64,000 nucleotides of DNA from Candidatus Latescibacterota bacterium (GTDB taxonomy: Bacteria > Latescibacterota > UBA2968 > UBA8231): positions 2,560,001 to 2,624,000 of the forward strand of contig CBDETY010000003.1 of the NCBI GenBank assembly GCA_965243025.1, written 5' to 3'. The translations under genes were made by a program, and so were the position numbers. Each line of letters begins with the position of its first letter. Position 1 is the first letter of the stretch. The notes beneath the pieces were generated by a model. That model ran no database searches. It was not told where the DNA came from and worked only from the letters and a program-made list of their open reading frames with translations. This document shows, piece after piece, positions 47,646 through 57,506 of this stretch.

Positions 47646-48683
47646 TTATCCTCCCGCAGCCGCTGCCGACAGCCAGCCTGCGACGCGGTTGTCTTCGGGC
47701 CAGTCGAGGAGAAAATCCTCCGGATCGAGGTACCCCTTCCACCCCCCTGCCTTGATGTTCTGGTAACGCACCGCGTAATGCAGGTGCGGTCCCGTCGAGC
47801 GTCCCGTGCTGCCCATGGTACCGATTGTCTGGCCCCTTTCGACCCATTCCCCTTTCCTGACGAACATCTTGTCGAGGTGGCCGTACTCGGTGCGGAACGT
47901 TCCCGGAAGGATGTAGACCTCACCGGAGTCCGTCTTCATCCTGAGGTCGTGCTTGATTACGATGACGTTTCCGAGCCGGTTGTCCCAGTACGAGTGAATC
48001 ACCTGCCCGTCGGCGGTGGCGATGACTTTCGTGCCCTTGCGCCCTGCGAGGTCCAGACCGAAGTGGCGGGCTTTGCGCCCCGTGAACGGATCGATCCGCG
48101 GACCGAACTTCGACGACTTCCACGCCAGATCTCGCGGAACCGGGGAGATCGTCGGCAAGGCGCGGCGCCCCTCCTCGCTGAGCCGGTAGTTCCTGAGGAT
48201 CTGGTCGTAGCTGACTTCCTGGAAGCTCGCCTCCATCCGCAAACGGAAGATGCGGCCCTTGATATCCTCGACGAGGGACCGTTTGCGCGCCGGCAGGAAA
48301 GCGTACTCCTCGGGCAGCTCTTCCGTGTACTCGCTCAACCCGCCGATACCCCCCAGCCTCGCGTCCTCGGTGTCGAGCTCCATGTTGTGCAGGGCGCGGA
48401 GCCGGTAGTCGTTCTGCGCCAGCTCCGTCATCACCTCTTCGAGACCGGTGAGCTCCCTGCTCGTCTGCTGCAGGGAATTGGCGAGCTGCAGGTTTTCGTA
48501 GCGCAGATCGGCGATGGTGGCCGACTGATCGGCGCGCAGGAAGTACCCGGATGCGTAGTAGCCGACGGCACAGCAGATCAGCGCCAGTCCCACCGCTCCG
48601 AAAATGGGCGAGGAAATCCTGATCTCCTTCACATTCCCGTCTCTGGGTGGAATTACGATGAATGTGTATTGCTTGCGGGGCAT
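47646..48683 (-). CDS. M23 family metallopeptidase
   Basis: TM segment, coiled coil, HFGLD, YGHL, STGPHLHY. Confidence 0.93.
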   Translation of the reverse strand: MPRKQYTFIVIPPRDGNVKEIRISSPIFGAVGLALICCAVGYYASGYFLRADQSATIADLRYENLQLANSLQQTSRELTGLEEVMTELAQNDYRLRALHNMELDTEDARLGGIGGLSEYTEELPEEYAFLPARKRSLVEDIKGRIFRLRMEASFQEVSYDQILRNYRLSEEGRRALPTISPVPRDLAWKSSKFGPRIDPFTGRKARHFGLDLAGRKGTKVIATADGQVIHSYWDNRLGNVIVIKHDLRMKTDSGEVYILPGTFRTEYGHLDKMFVRKGEWVERGQTIGTMGSTGRSTGPHLHYAVRYQNIKAGGWKGYLDPEDFLLDWPEDNRVAGWLSAAAAGG

Positions 48684-49110
48684 ACCTCGCTCAGGGTTCG
48701 GGGCAGGCACTCGAATTGTATGTCGACGGGGTGAGGATGGCGGGTGAAGCGAGGACGGAGATGGCAGTGCGTCTGGGCGTCAAGGTGCAATCGGACCGAC
48801 AGTTTCTCACACGCTGAATCGGGAATCTTCGTGCGCGGAACCAGCGCACTCTTCAGTACTGCAACCTGTTTGTAACAGAGACCCCAAGGTAGCCACGGTC
48901 TCCCGGAATGTCAATCACCCGCCCGCCCCCGGTATTGTCCCGGGAGACTCCTGCCCCAGCCCTCGCATTTCAGACAACAACAGCCCGGTTTCCGCCCCGG
49001 TCCGGTTGTCCTGCTAAGGTTCCCCACCCGATCCACCCAATCCCCCCGCCGCCCGCGTTGCGGCCCGGATGCGCCCTGTATACCTTTGTCGCAAGTGTTG
49101 TAAGTGCCGG

Positions 49111-49116
49111 TATAAT
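49111..49116 (+). promoter_or_regulatory. -10 box for ctpA
   Basis: TATAAT 20 nt upstream of the start, followed by AAGGGG. Confidence 0.5.
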
Positions 49117-49136
49117 CTGAATTAAGGGGACAGGTA

Positions 49137-51056
49137 ATGGCATTCCGTACGGGGGTGGTCGGTGCCTTCGCAACTCACCTGCTGCTGGCTGGACTCGCCT
49201 TCGCAGAGGGACGGGAAACCAGGGTTGAAGACGAGGTGCGGGATTACCTGCTCCCCGTGGTGAAGCACTTGATGAAGTTCTACATCGACGAGGTTCCGCC
49301 CGATTCGCTGATGCGCGCAGGGGTCGACGGCCTCTTCCGCGCTCTCGATCCGGGGTCGGACTTCACGTGGTCCGGAGAGGGCGGCAGCTGGCCGGAAAAC
49401 TTCACCCGTCTCGAGAGGATCGTGCACCACCTCGACCGCAAGGCGTTCTACTCGGTCGGCGCCGACACCCTGGTCCGCTTCGGCATCGCGGGAATGATGT
49501 CGATGCTCGATCCGGACACGGTCTTCATGGAAAAGATGAACCTCGACAACTTCCGCATCGACGTTCAGGGAGAATACGGAGGGCTAGGGTTCCGCATCCA
49601 GGTGATCCGCCCGGACAGCGCCATCGCCATCGCCTCCCTGCTGCACGAGAAAACCCCTGCCGCCCTGGCCGGAGTCCGGTCGGGGGACATCATCATCGCC
49701 ATCGACGACAGCGCCACCACGCACATGTCGGCGAGCGACGCGGCGAGCCTCATGCGAGGCATGGCCGACACCCCGGTGACCCTGACCCTGCTCCGGGCAG
49801 GGGTGGATGAGCCCCTGGAGATCACCATCACCCGCAAGAAAGTCCACATCGACGGGGTCTCCTACTCCACGATGTTCCCGGACTCCACCGGATACATCCG
49901 GTTGCTCAAGTTCCAGCACAACTCCGCCAGCGAGGTCGACTCCGCCCTGGCCGGCCTCATCGACCAGGGGATGAAGCGCCTGATACTCGACCTGCGCAGC
50001 AACAGCGGCGGGTTCCTCCACGAAGCGGTGCGCGTCGCCGACCTGTTTCTCCCGAAGGATCAACTCGTGGTCTACACCGCCGGACGCGCCTTCGAGGATA
50101 CCGCGAAGTACTTCACGAGGAAGGTCCCCAGGTTCGGCGAAGGGCCCCTGCTGCTGATGGTCGACCGCGGCTCGGCCAGCGCTTCCGAGATCGTCTCGGG
50201 GGCCATGCAGGACTGGGACCGCGGCCTCGTTCTGGGCCAACCGACGGTGGGCAAGGGTTCGGTGCAGAAAACCACCTCCATCGGTGAAAACGCGGAGCTC
50301 AAGCTTACGGTTGCGGCTTATTTCATCCCCAGCGGGCGCTCGATCGACAAGCGCATGCGCAAGGATTCCACCCTGGTGGCCCTGTCGGACCAGGAGTTCA
50401 GGACGCGGCGCCGGGGACGCATCGTGCACGGGGCTGGAGGGATCACCCCCGACATACCCGCGGCTGGTCGCAAACGCACCCCGCTTTTTGCTCAGCTGGA
50501 GGGCTATTGGACCGCGGACAGCAAGTTCTTCCGCTTCGCCCGCGAGTACCCCGTAAACCACCCGGAACTGACCCGGGAGTTCGTCGCAGAAGACCCGGTC
50601 CTCGAGGAGTTCCGGGAGTACCTGGAGGAAGGTGAGTTCTCCTATGTCAGCGATCTCGAGAGCCGGCTGCTGCAGCTCGAGGAGGCGGTCGAGGAAGAAG
50701 GTGAACAGGAAAGGCTCGAGAAGCCCCTGGGCAGGCTGAAAAAGGGGATCGACGACATCGAGGAGAAGCACTGGAAGGCCGACGCCGAACTGATCAAGTG
50801 GAAATTGACCTTCGACATCCTCGAAAAGGCATTCGGGATGAAGGGGGCCTATGCCTACGATGTAGCCGTAGACCCACAGGTCCGGATGGCCAGGGAAATC
50901 ATCGCAGATCCGGAGGGTTACGAGAGCTATTTCAGGCGGATCGAGGTCGGCCTGGCCGATGAGGAGGCGATCGCCGCGGCCCCGGATTCGTCAGGACTGG
51001 AAGCGAGGCTGGGGGTGGACCTCGGGGTGCTTGAAGACCCGGTCTCGGAATTCTGA
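49137..51056 (+). CDS. ctpA: S41 carboxy-terminal processing protease
   Basis: PDZ GLG, DLRSNSGG, SASASE, GKGSVQ. Confidence 0.93.
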   Translation: MAFRTGVVGAFATHLLLAGLAFAEGRETRVEDEVRDYLLPVVKHLMKFYIDEVPPDSLMRAGVDGLFRALDPGSDFTWSGEGGSWPENFTRLERIVHHLDRKAFYSVGADTLVRFGIAGMMSMLDPDTVFMEKMNLDNFRIDVQGEYGGLGFRIQVIRPDSAIAIASLLHEKTPAALAGVRSGDIIIAIDDSATTHMSASDAASLMRGMADTPVTLTLLRAGVDEPLEITITRKKVHIDGVSYSTMFPDSTGYIRLLKFQHNSASEVDSALAGLIDQGMKRLILDLRSNSGGFLHEAVRVADLFLPKDQLVVYTAGRAFEDTAKYFTRKVPRFGEGPLLLMVDRGSASASEIVSGAMQDWDRGLVLGQPTVGKGSVQKTTSIGENAELKLTVAAYFIPSGRSIDKRMRKDSTLVALSDQEFRTRRRGRIVHGAGGITPDIPAAGRKRTPLFAQLEGYWTADSKFFRFAREYPVNHPELTREFVAEDPVLEEFREYLEEGEFSYVSDLESRLLQLEEAVEEEGEQERLEKPLGRLKKGIDDIEEKHWKADAELIKWKLTFDILEKAFGMKGAYAYDVAVDPQVRMAREIIADPEGYESYFRRIEVGLADEEAIAAAPDSSGLEARLGVDLGVLEDPVSEF

Positions 51057-51091
51057 ACCGGATCCTCCCGTTGTTCTGGCTGCTTTCGACC

Positions 51092-51131
51092 GGGCCCGCT
51101 TCTTTCGCTGGAAGCCGGGCCCTTTGTTTTT
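51092..51131 (+). terminator. Intrinsic terminator after ctpA
   Basis: GGGCCCG-CTTC...GAAG-CCGGGCCC followed by TTTGTTTTT. Confidence 0.7.
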
Positions 51132-51202
51132 CTCTTTCTCCTGAAGTATACAATTGAGCACTTGTCGACAACAGGCCAGGGAATTTTGTATATGTATATT
51201 TT

Positions 51203-51223
51203 ACAATATGTTACACATATTGT
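51203..51223. promoter_or_regulatory. Palindromic operator candidate upstream of lipA
   Basis: ACAATATGT-TAC-ACATATTGT perfect inverted repeat in an AT-rich promoter. Confidence 0.6.
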
Positions 51224-51342
51224 TCGTCATGCTCTGACTTGCTCCCGCATCAGCCGGTCGATTATATTGGATAATCCTGAGACTTGGAGAGCTTCGCAAG
51301 AAACCGGTGAAACGAACGCAACCAGCTGTTTTTGATGACGAT

Positions 51343-52287
51343 ATGAAGAGCAAGGGTCGTTTGCCTCCCTGGCTCAGGGTCAAAGCCCCCGGAAGCCCCG
51401 ACTACCTCGATCTCAAGAGGCTGGTAAAGGAGCTCAGGCTCAACACGGTCTGCGAAAGCGCCCAGTGCCCCAACATCGGGGAATGCTGGGGCAGCCGCAC
51501 CGCGACCTTCATGATCCTGGGAGACGTCTGCACCCGCAGCTGCGGCTTCTGCGCCATACGCACCGGCCGCCCGCAGGGGCTGGATGAAGGAGAGCCGCTG
51601 CGGGTCGCCCGCGCCATCGCCACCCTCGGCCTGAGGCATGCGGTGATCACCTCGGTCAACAGGGACGAGCTTCCCGACGGGGGGGCGCGCATCTTCGCCA
51701 GGACCCTCGACGAAGTCCACCGCCTGTGCCCCGGGACATCGGTCGAGGTGCTGATTCCGGATTTCCAGGGGGACCTCGAAGCGCTGCAGACGGTCCTCGA
51801 CTCCGGTCCCGACATACTCAACCACAACATCGAAACCGCCCCGCGGCTTTACCGCTTGATGAGGCCCCAGGCGAAATACCAACGCTCCCTCGAGCTGCTC
51901 GAACGCGCCCGCCGACTCGGCCCCGCCCCGACGAAATCCGGGATGATGCTCGGGGCCGGGGAGACCCGCCGGGAGACCGAGGAGGTGATCGCCGACCTCG
52001 CCGCCGCAGGCTGCAGCATCCTCACCCTCGGACAGTACCTCAGCCCTTCCAGGCGCCACCACCCGGTCGCCCGTTTCGTGCCTCCCCGGGAATTCGTCGA
52101 ACTGCGCGACTTCGCGCTGAAGCTCGGCTTCCGGCATGTCGAATCGGGACCCCTGGTGCGCAGTTCCTACCACGCCGAACGGCAGGTGAACGGCTTCGAA
52201 ATGGCCGCCCGCCGCCCGGCTTCTCCGCCACTCACCGATGCGGCTGCGGCAGCAGAGGTTTCGCCGCGGCGGCATTCAACCGGATGA
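51343..52287 (+). CDS. lipA: Lipoyl synthase
   Basis: CESAQCPNIGEC, CTRSCGFC, RSSY. Confidence 0.97.
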   Translation: MKSKGRLPPWLRVKAPGSPDYLDLKRLVKELRLNTVCESAQCPNIGECWGSRTATFMILGDVCTRSCGFCAIRTGRPQGLDEGEPLRVARAIATLGLRHAVITSVNRDELPDGGARIFARTLDEVHRLCPGTSVEVLIPDFQGDLEALQTVLDSGPDILNHNIETAPRLYRLMRPQAKYQRSLELLERARRLGPAPTKSGMMLGAGETRRETEEVIADLAAAGCSILTLGQYLSPSRRHHPVARFVPPREFVELRDFALKLGFRHVESGPLVRSSYHAERQVNGFEMAARRPASPPLTDAAAAAEVSPRRHSTG

Positions 52288-52297
52288 CGTCCCGTTC

Positions 52298-53308
52298 ATG
52301 CCAATCAACCTCGACAAGAAGTCCCTTCCGCCGTACCTGCGCCGCAAGAAGATCGTCGTTCAGGGAGAATCGATCCGGGAAATCGACGCGGTGGGAGACG
52401 GCAGAAAAAACACCATCTACGCCGTGGTCACCTCGCGGCAGCGGCTGATCGTCAAACAGGCGCACTCGCGAGTCCAGCAGACCAAGGAGCGCATCTATCT
52501 CGACCGCAAGCGGGTAGTCCACGAGATGGCCTGTATCGGCGTGCTTGCCGAGATCGTACCCCCCGACTTCGTGCCTGCCCCCGTCCTCCTGGACCGCAGC
52601 AATTTCATCCTCGTGACCACCGCGCCTGCCCGGGAGGCCCTGCTCTGGGAGAACGAGCTCCTGCGCGGGCGCGTCGACCTGCAAATCGCCGCCCAGTGCG
52701 GGGAGCTGCTGGGCACGGTTCACAGCGACACGGCAAACTCGCGCGATCTCAGGGAGACGTTCAAGGACACCAAGCCTTTCGAGCAGCTTCGCATCGCTCC
52801 GGCGTACGGCCGCATCGCCGAAGCATATCCCGAGTACAGAAAGGTCATCGAGGACCAGTCCAAGGAGCTGCTGAAGGGCTCCAGGGTCATGGTGCTGGGC
52901 GACCTCCGCCCGCGCAACGTCTGGGTCAACAAGGGCTCGATATACCTGATCGACTTCGCCACGGCCCATTTCGGGCACCCCGCCTTCGACCTGGCATTCT
53001 ACTGCCGCGACCTCTGCCTGAAGGCGATCATCAACAGCCCGCAGAAGGCCGCCTACCTCGAGGCCATCAACGTCTTCTGGCTGTCCTATTTCGTCGTCGC
53101 GCGGTACGCCGGGCAGCCAAAAGTGGAGCGCTCGGCGGTGAGGAACTTCGGCTGCCTCCTGCTTGCCAGCGCCCTCCATCCGCCCCCTGACATGGACCCT
53201 CCTACCAGCGACCTCACCCGGCGGATCGCGCAGAACCTGCTGGTCACCGAACTCGAAAAGATCGAAGACATCACCGAGTTCATTAATCGCACCCTGATTG
53301 ATGGGTAG
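52298..53308 (+). CDS. APH/methylthioribose kinase-like phosphotransferase
   Basis: VKQA, GDLRPRN, IDF, GHPAFD. Confidence 0.8.
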   Translation: MPINLDKKSLPPYLRRKKIVVQGESIREIDAVGDGRKNTIYAVVTSRQRLIVKQAHSRVQQTKERIYLDRKRVVHEMACIGVLAEIVPPDFVPAPVLLDRSNFILVTTAPAREALLWENELLRGRVDLQIAAQCGELLGTVHSDTANSRDLRETFKDTKPFEQLRIAPAYGRIAEAYPEYRKVIEDQSKELLKGSRVMVLGDLRPRNVWVNKGSIYLIDFATAHFGHPAFDLAFYCRDLCLKAIINSPQKAAYLEAINVFWLSYFVVARYAGQPKVERSAVRNFGCLLLASALHPPPDMDPPTSDLTRRIAQNLLVTELEKIEDITEFINRTLIDG

Positions 53309-54905
53309 GAGCCTGCCCCGCGCCCGGCGCCTCGGCGCGGCGGTGGCGGCCGGGCTCGTCCTTTCCTGCTCTCTTCTCTCCCCGAGGCCGCTCTACCGAC
53401 CCGACCTCCCGACGCCGGCCCGGGAGTTCCGAGGCGTGTGGGTGGCGACGGTCGCCAACATCGACTGGCCGTCGGCACCGGGCCTTCCGAGCCGAACCCA
53501 GCAGTCCGAGGCGCTCGCCATTCTCGAGCGCTGCCGCGATCTCAACTTCAACGCCGTCATCCTTCAGGTCCGGCCGCAGTGCGACCTGATCTACCCCTCC
53601 GGCCTCGAACCCTGGTCCTACTTCCTCAGCGGCGAGCAGGGGTTTCCGCCGCAGCCGCTCTACGATCCCCTCAGCTTCTGGATCGACGAGGCGCACGCTC
53701 GGGGCCTCGAGCTCCACGCCTGGATCAATCCCTTCCGCGCCAACCATCCCGGACACGCCGGAAAGCCTTCCCCCCGCTCGATCCTCTCGCAGCGTCCCGA
53801 CCTCGCGCACCGGCTGGGCGGAAAGGGGTACTACTGGCTCGACCCCGGGCATCCCGAGGCGCGCGCCCACACCATGGAGGTCATCTTCGAGCTCATCGAG
53901 CACTACGATCTCGACGGGATTCACCTGGACGACTATTTCTACCCCTACCCCTCCTACAACGGCGGCGCCGATTTTCCCGACGGGGCCAGCTGGAGGGCAT
54001 ACCGCGATGCAGGGGGCTCCCTTTCCCGGTCGGACTGGCGCCGCCGCAACGTCGACGACTTCGTCCGCGACCTCTACCTGGAGATCAAACAGCGGCGTCC
54101 CCGAGTCATGGTCGGAATCAGCCCCTTCGGCATCTGGCGGCCAGGGCATCCGCCCGGTGTGAAAGCGGGAGTCGACCAGTACGAGACCCTCTTCGCGGAC
54201 CCGCGCCTGTGGCTGCGGGAGGGGTGGCTGGACTACCTCGCCCCGCAGCTGTACTGGCGGATCGCCCCCGAGGCCCAGAGCTTCCCCGCCCTGCTGTCCT
54301 GGTGGCGGGAGAACAATCTCCACCGCCGGCACCTGTGGCCGGGCCTGTTCACCAGCATGGTAAGCCAGGGCAAGTGGCCCGCCGGAGAGGTGGTCGACCA
54401 GATCGCGCTGGCCCGCGACATGCTGGAGAGCGACGGACATCTCCACTTCAGCATGCGGGCAATCCGGGCCGAAAGCGGCCGTTCGCGGCAGCTGACCACC
54501 TCGATCGGGGCCCGGATATACGCGCAGCCGGCTCTCGTTCCGCGCTCGACCTGGCTCGACTCCATCCCACCCCCGCCCCCAAAAGTGGCCCCGGCAGTGC
54601 GGAACGACAGCAGGGTGGTGCTGTCCTGGAAGCAGCCGCCCGGGGAGACCCCTTTTCTCTACGTGGTGTACTCGAAGGCGGGAACGAGCTGGACGTACGA
54701 CATCCTGCCCGGCAACCGGACCGGCCACGAGCTGGACCCGGGCGGGCTGTCGTGGCCGGGACCGGGGCGCGCCGAGCGCCGGGAGTTTGCCGTCAGCGCC
54801 GTCGACCGCCTGGGGAACGAGAGCGATCCGGTGATCGTCGCCTTGTCTTCGCAGCCGATCCGCAGGGCGGTTCGGGCCCCGGCGCCTCAACGGAGATGGG
54901 ACTGA
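53301..54905 (+). CDS. GHL10 (YddW/DigH-like) glycoside hydrolase lipoprotein with an FN3-like tail
   Basis: EFRGVWVATVANIDWP, HAWINP, DDYFYP, PQLYW. Confidence 0.92.
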   Translation: MGRSLPRARRLGAAVAAGLVLSCSLLSPRPLYRPDLPTPAREFRGVWVATVANIDWPSAPGLPSRTQQSEALAILERCRDLNFNAVILQVRPQCDLIYPSGLEPWSYFLSGEQGFPPQPLYDPLSFWIDEAHARGLELHAWINPFRANHPGHAGKPSPRSILSQRPDLAHRLGGKGYYWLDPGHPEARAHTMEVIFELIEHYDLDGIHLDDYFYPYPSYNGGADFPDGASWRAYRDAGGSLSRSDWRRRNVDDFVRDLYLEIKQRRPRVMVGISPFGIWRPGHPPGVKAGVDQYETLFADPRLWLREGWLDYLAPQLYWRIAPEAQSFPALLSWWRENNLHRRHLWPGLFTSMVSQGKWPAGEVVDQIALARDMLESDGHLHFSMRAIRAESGRSRQLTTSIGARIYAQPALVPRSTWLDSIPPPPPKVAPAVRNDSRVVLSWKQPPGETPFLYVVYSKAGTSWTYDILPGNRTGHELDPGGLSWPGPGRAERREFAVSAVDRLGNESDPVIVALSSQPIRRAVRAPAPQRRWD

Positions 54906-55645
54906 AAGTCCTTGCTGCTCGACAGGACGTGGGCGCGCATGCTCTCGCGCGCGGCCCTGGCGTCCTTGCGAGCGAGGGCCTCGAAAACCTCGTGATGCTG
55001 GGACACGGAAAGCCTGGCGCGGTCCCCCGCCCGGGATGACGAGGTTTCCAGGCTCCCCTTGATCCACTCCTGCAGGTAGCCTCGGGTGGTGCGCACCAGG
55101 TTGTAGAGGATCGAGTTGTGGGCGGCGCGGGCGACTTCGAGGTGGAAGGCGACGTCGAACTCGAGGAACTCTCCCGGCCGCTCGATCTCCCTCTCCATTC
55201 CGCGCAGCGTCGCCGCGATCGCCTCGAGGTTCTGCTCGCTGGCGCGCTCGGCGGCCCACCAGGCCGTGTTGGACTCCAGCATGAGCCGCGTCTCGATGAG
55301 GTCGCCGACCTGCTTCGGGTCGAGGGCGAAGCCCCACTCGTAGGCGCGGCCGAGGTGGCTTTCGTTGTCGGCCACGAAGGTGCCGTCCCCGACGCGGCCG
55401 GTGAGGATCCCCATCACCGACAGCGACCGCAGGGCCTCGCGGACCGAGGTCCTGCCGACGGCGAAGCGGCGGCACAGCTCCCGCTCCGACGGCAGCCGGT
55501 CCCCCGGTTTCAGCACGTTGCGCGAGATCAGGTCGGTGATCTGATCGACGATGGCGTCGCTTACCGAGCTTTTCGGGACGGGCCGCAGCAGTTCCGCCCC
55601 TTCGGCGGCCCCGGACCGGCCCCGATCCGTTTCACCTGAGCTCAT
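54887..55645 (-). CDS. GntR/FadR family regulator
   Basis: PGDRLPSERELC...VGRTSVREAL plus FCD domain. Confidence 0.95.
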   Translation of the reverse strand: MSSGETDRGRSGAAEGAELLRPVPKSSVSDAIVDQITDLISRNVLKPGDRLPSERELCRRFAVGRTSVREALRSLSVMGILTGRVGDGTFVADNESHLGRAYEWGFALDPKQVGDLIETRLMLESNTAWWAAERASEQNLEAIAATLRGMEREIERPGEFLEFDVAFHLEVARAAHNSILYNLVRTTRGYLQEWIKGSLETSSSRAGDRARLSVSQHHEVFEALARKDARAARESMRAHVLSSSKDFQSHLR

Positions 55646-55693
55646 GAATTCCCGATTGCTTTTATTCGCCGCCTTCGTACTTTCCTGTTGCCA

Positions 55694-55706
55694 ATGGTCT
55701 GACCAT
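55694..55706. promoter_or_regulatory. FadR-type operator
   Basis: Perfect palindrome ATGGTC-T-GACCAT matching the TGGT..GACCA consensus, between the divergent genes. Confidence 0.75.
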
Positions 55707-55762
55707 CAGGCAGATTTTCTATTGATACTCAGCCGGAAGCGCGCTGTCAAGGAAGGTTGCCC

Positions 55763-56407
55763 ATGCCCCGGATCCTCGACCTAGGCTCCCGCATCGAGCT
55801 CGTGCCGATGGACTCGCACTGCGGGGAGATCTCTCTGGCCCTGTACCGCCGGGAGGAGTCCGGCGGGCCCGAGTTTCTCGTCCACACCTACAGCACCAGG
55901 GAAGGCGCCGATGAACGGGTCCGCTTCATAACCGCGGGGATGAAGGTGCTGGGAAACGTCGAGGACTCCCCGGCGAACCCCGGCTGCCTGCGCTTCCCCT
56001 GCGGCCACGGCCACGAGCTGGCCTGCCGGCGGCTGTTCCTCGAGGTCTGCAAGCTCCCCACCGGCAGCGACCTCGTTCCCCGCCCGCTGTCGGTTTTCGA
56101 CAAGAAGGCCGGCAAGGAGATGGTCGCCGTCAGCGAGGGGGAAGGCCTGTACACGGTAACCGCGGACGATCCGGGGGAAAGCATGACATTGCGGCGCATC
56201 GCCGCCACCGCGGGCGGCCTGGCCAAGCTCGGGGAAATGGAGCAGGCCGGCGACCGCCGTGACCGGGTCCGCTTCGCGTGCGGCCAGTCCCACGACAACC
56301 TCGTCGCCGTGCTGCTTCCCCGCGCCCTCAACGTGCGCACCGCCATGCGCGAGGCGGAGGCCGCCGCGGCGCGGGGGGTGCTTTCCGCTCCCAGCGCCCA
56401 GGAATAG
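55763..56407 (+). CDS. Hypothetical protein with duplicated RF.CG..H motifs
   Basis: LRFPCGHGH and VRFACGQSH; first gene of the operon. Confidence 0.85.
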   Translation: MPRILDLGSRIELVPMDSHCGEISLALYRREESGGPEFLVHTYSTREGADERVRFITAGMKVLGNVEDSPANPGCLRFPCGHGHELACRRLFLEVCKLPTGSDLVPRPLSVFDKKAGKEMVAVSEGEGLYTVTADDPGESMTLRRIAATAGGLAKLGEMEQAGDRRDRVRFACGQSHDNLVAVLLPRALNVRTAMREAEAAAARGVLSAPSAQE

Positions 56408-56429
56408 CAGATCAAAAGGAGATGTTCAC

Positions 56430-57491
56430 ATGGCAGACATCAAACCGATGACGGGCCGCGAACGCGTGCTCGCAGCCTTGCGCCGCGAGCCGGTCGACCG
56501 CACCCCCGTGTGCAATCCGACCTCGGTGGCGACCGTCGAGCTGATGGACCTCGTCGAAGCCCCCTTCCCCGAGGCCAACCGCGAACCCGAGCTCATGGCC
56601 CGCCTCGCCGCCACCGGATACACCGAGCTCGGCTTCGACAGCATCATGCCGGTGTTCACCATCATCCAGGAGTCCTCCGCCCTCGGCTGCAAGATCCAGT
56701 GGGAGCAGAAGGACAACTGGCCGACGGTGCGCATGCGCGAGCCGATCTACGAGAAGCTGGAGGACATCGTCATCCCCGACGATCTCTGCACCCACCCCGA
56801 CACCCGCTGCGTGCTCGAGGCGATCACCATCCTCAAGCGGGAGTACGGGGACGAGGTCGCCGTGATCGGCAAGACCATGGGGCCGTGGTCGCTCGCCTAC
56901 CACTGCTTCGGCGTCGAGCCCTTCCTGCTGCTGTCGCTCGACGACCCGGATGCCACGCGCGCCATCCTCGACAAGCTGAAGAAGGTCACCGTCGACTTCG
57001 GGGTCGCCCAGATCGAGGCCGGCGCCGACGCCCTGACCCTGCCCGACCACGCCACCGGCGACCTGGTCAGCGGCGAGTACTACGAGCGCTACCTGCGCGA
57101 CATGCACATCGAGTTCAGCGAGAGCATCCCGATTCCGCTGATTCTCCACATCTGCGGTCGCACCGTCGACCGCATGGAGTACATCGCCCAGACCGGGATG
57201 GCCGCCTTCCACTACGACTCGAAGAATCAGCCTCAGGAGTCGGTCGACATCATGCAGCGGCGCATCTCGCTGGTCGGCAACATCAACAACCCGGAAACCC
57301 TGTTCTCCAAGGGCCCCGAAGAGGTGCGCGCCGAGGTCTACAAGAACCTCGACGCCGGCGTGCAGCTGGTCGGCCCGGAATGCGCCATTCCGCTGCAGAC
57401 CTCCATCGAGAACCTGGTGGAAATCCCCAGAGCGGTGCAGGACTGGCACCGGGACGGCGCCCCTTCCGCACCCAGTGCGACACTGAACTGA
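56430..57491 (+). CDS. MtaA/CmuA family corrinoid methyltransferase (URO-D fold)
   Basis: AAGGAG RBS; EPVDRTP, LHICG, GPEC zinc ligands. Confidence 0.9.
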   Translation: MADIKPMTGRERVLAALRREPVDRTPVCNPTSVATVELMDLVEAPFPEANREPELMARLAATGYTELGFDSIMPVFTIIQESSALGCKIQWEQKDNWPTVRMREPIYEKLEDIVIPDDLCTHPDTRCVLEAITILKREYGDEVAVIGKTMGPWSLAYHCFGVEPFLLLSLDDPDATRAILDKLKKVTVDFGVAQIEAGADALTLPDHATGDLVSGEYYERYLRDMHIEFSESIPIPLILHICGRTVDRMEYIAQTGMAAFHYDSKNQPQESVDIMQRRISLVGNINNPETLFSKGPEEVRAEVYKNLDAGVQLVGPECAIPLQTSIENLVEIPRAVQDWHRDGAPSAPSATLN

Positions 57492-57506
57492 CGAGGTGAT
57501 TTGACG

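Noticed and set aside
48690-49130. c-di-AMP (ydaO) riboswitch upstream of the M23 gene
   Set aside because: The GCTGAATC word is on the wrong strand and the rest of the consensus is absent; only a short GAGACC/GGTCTC hairpin is present.
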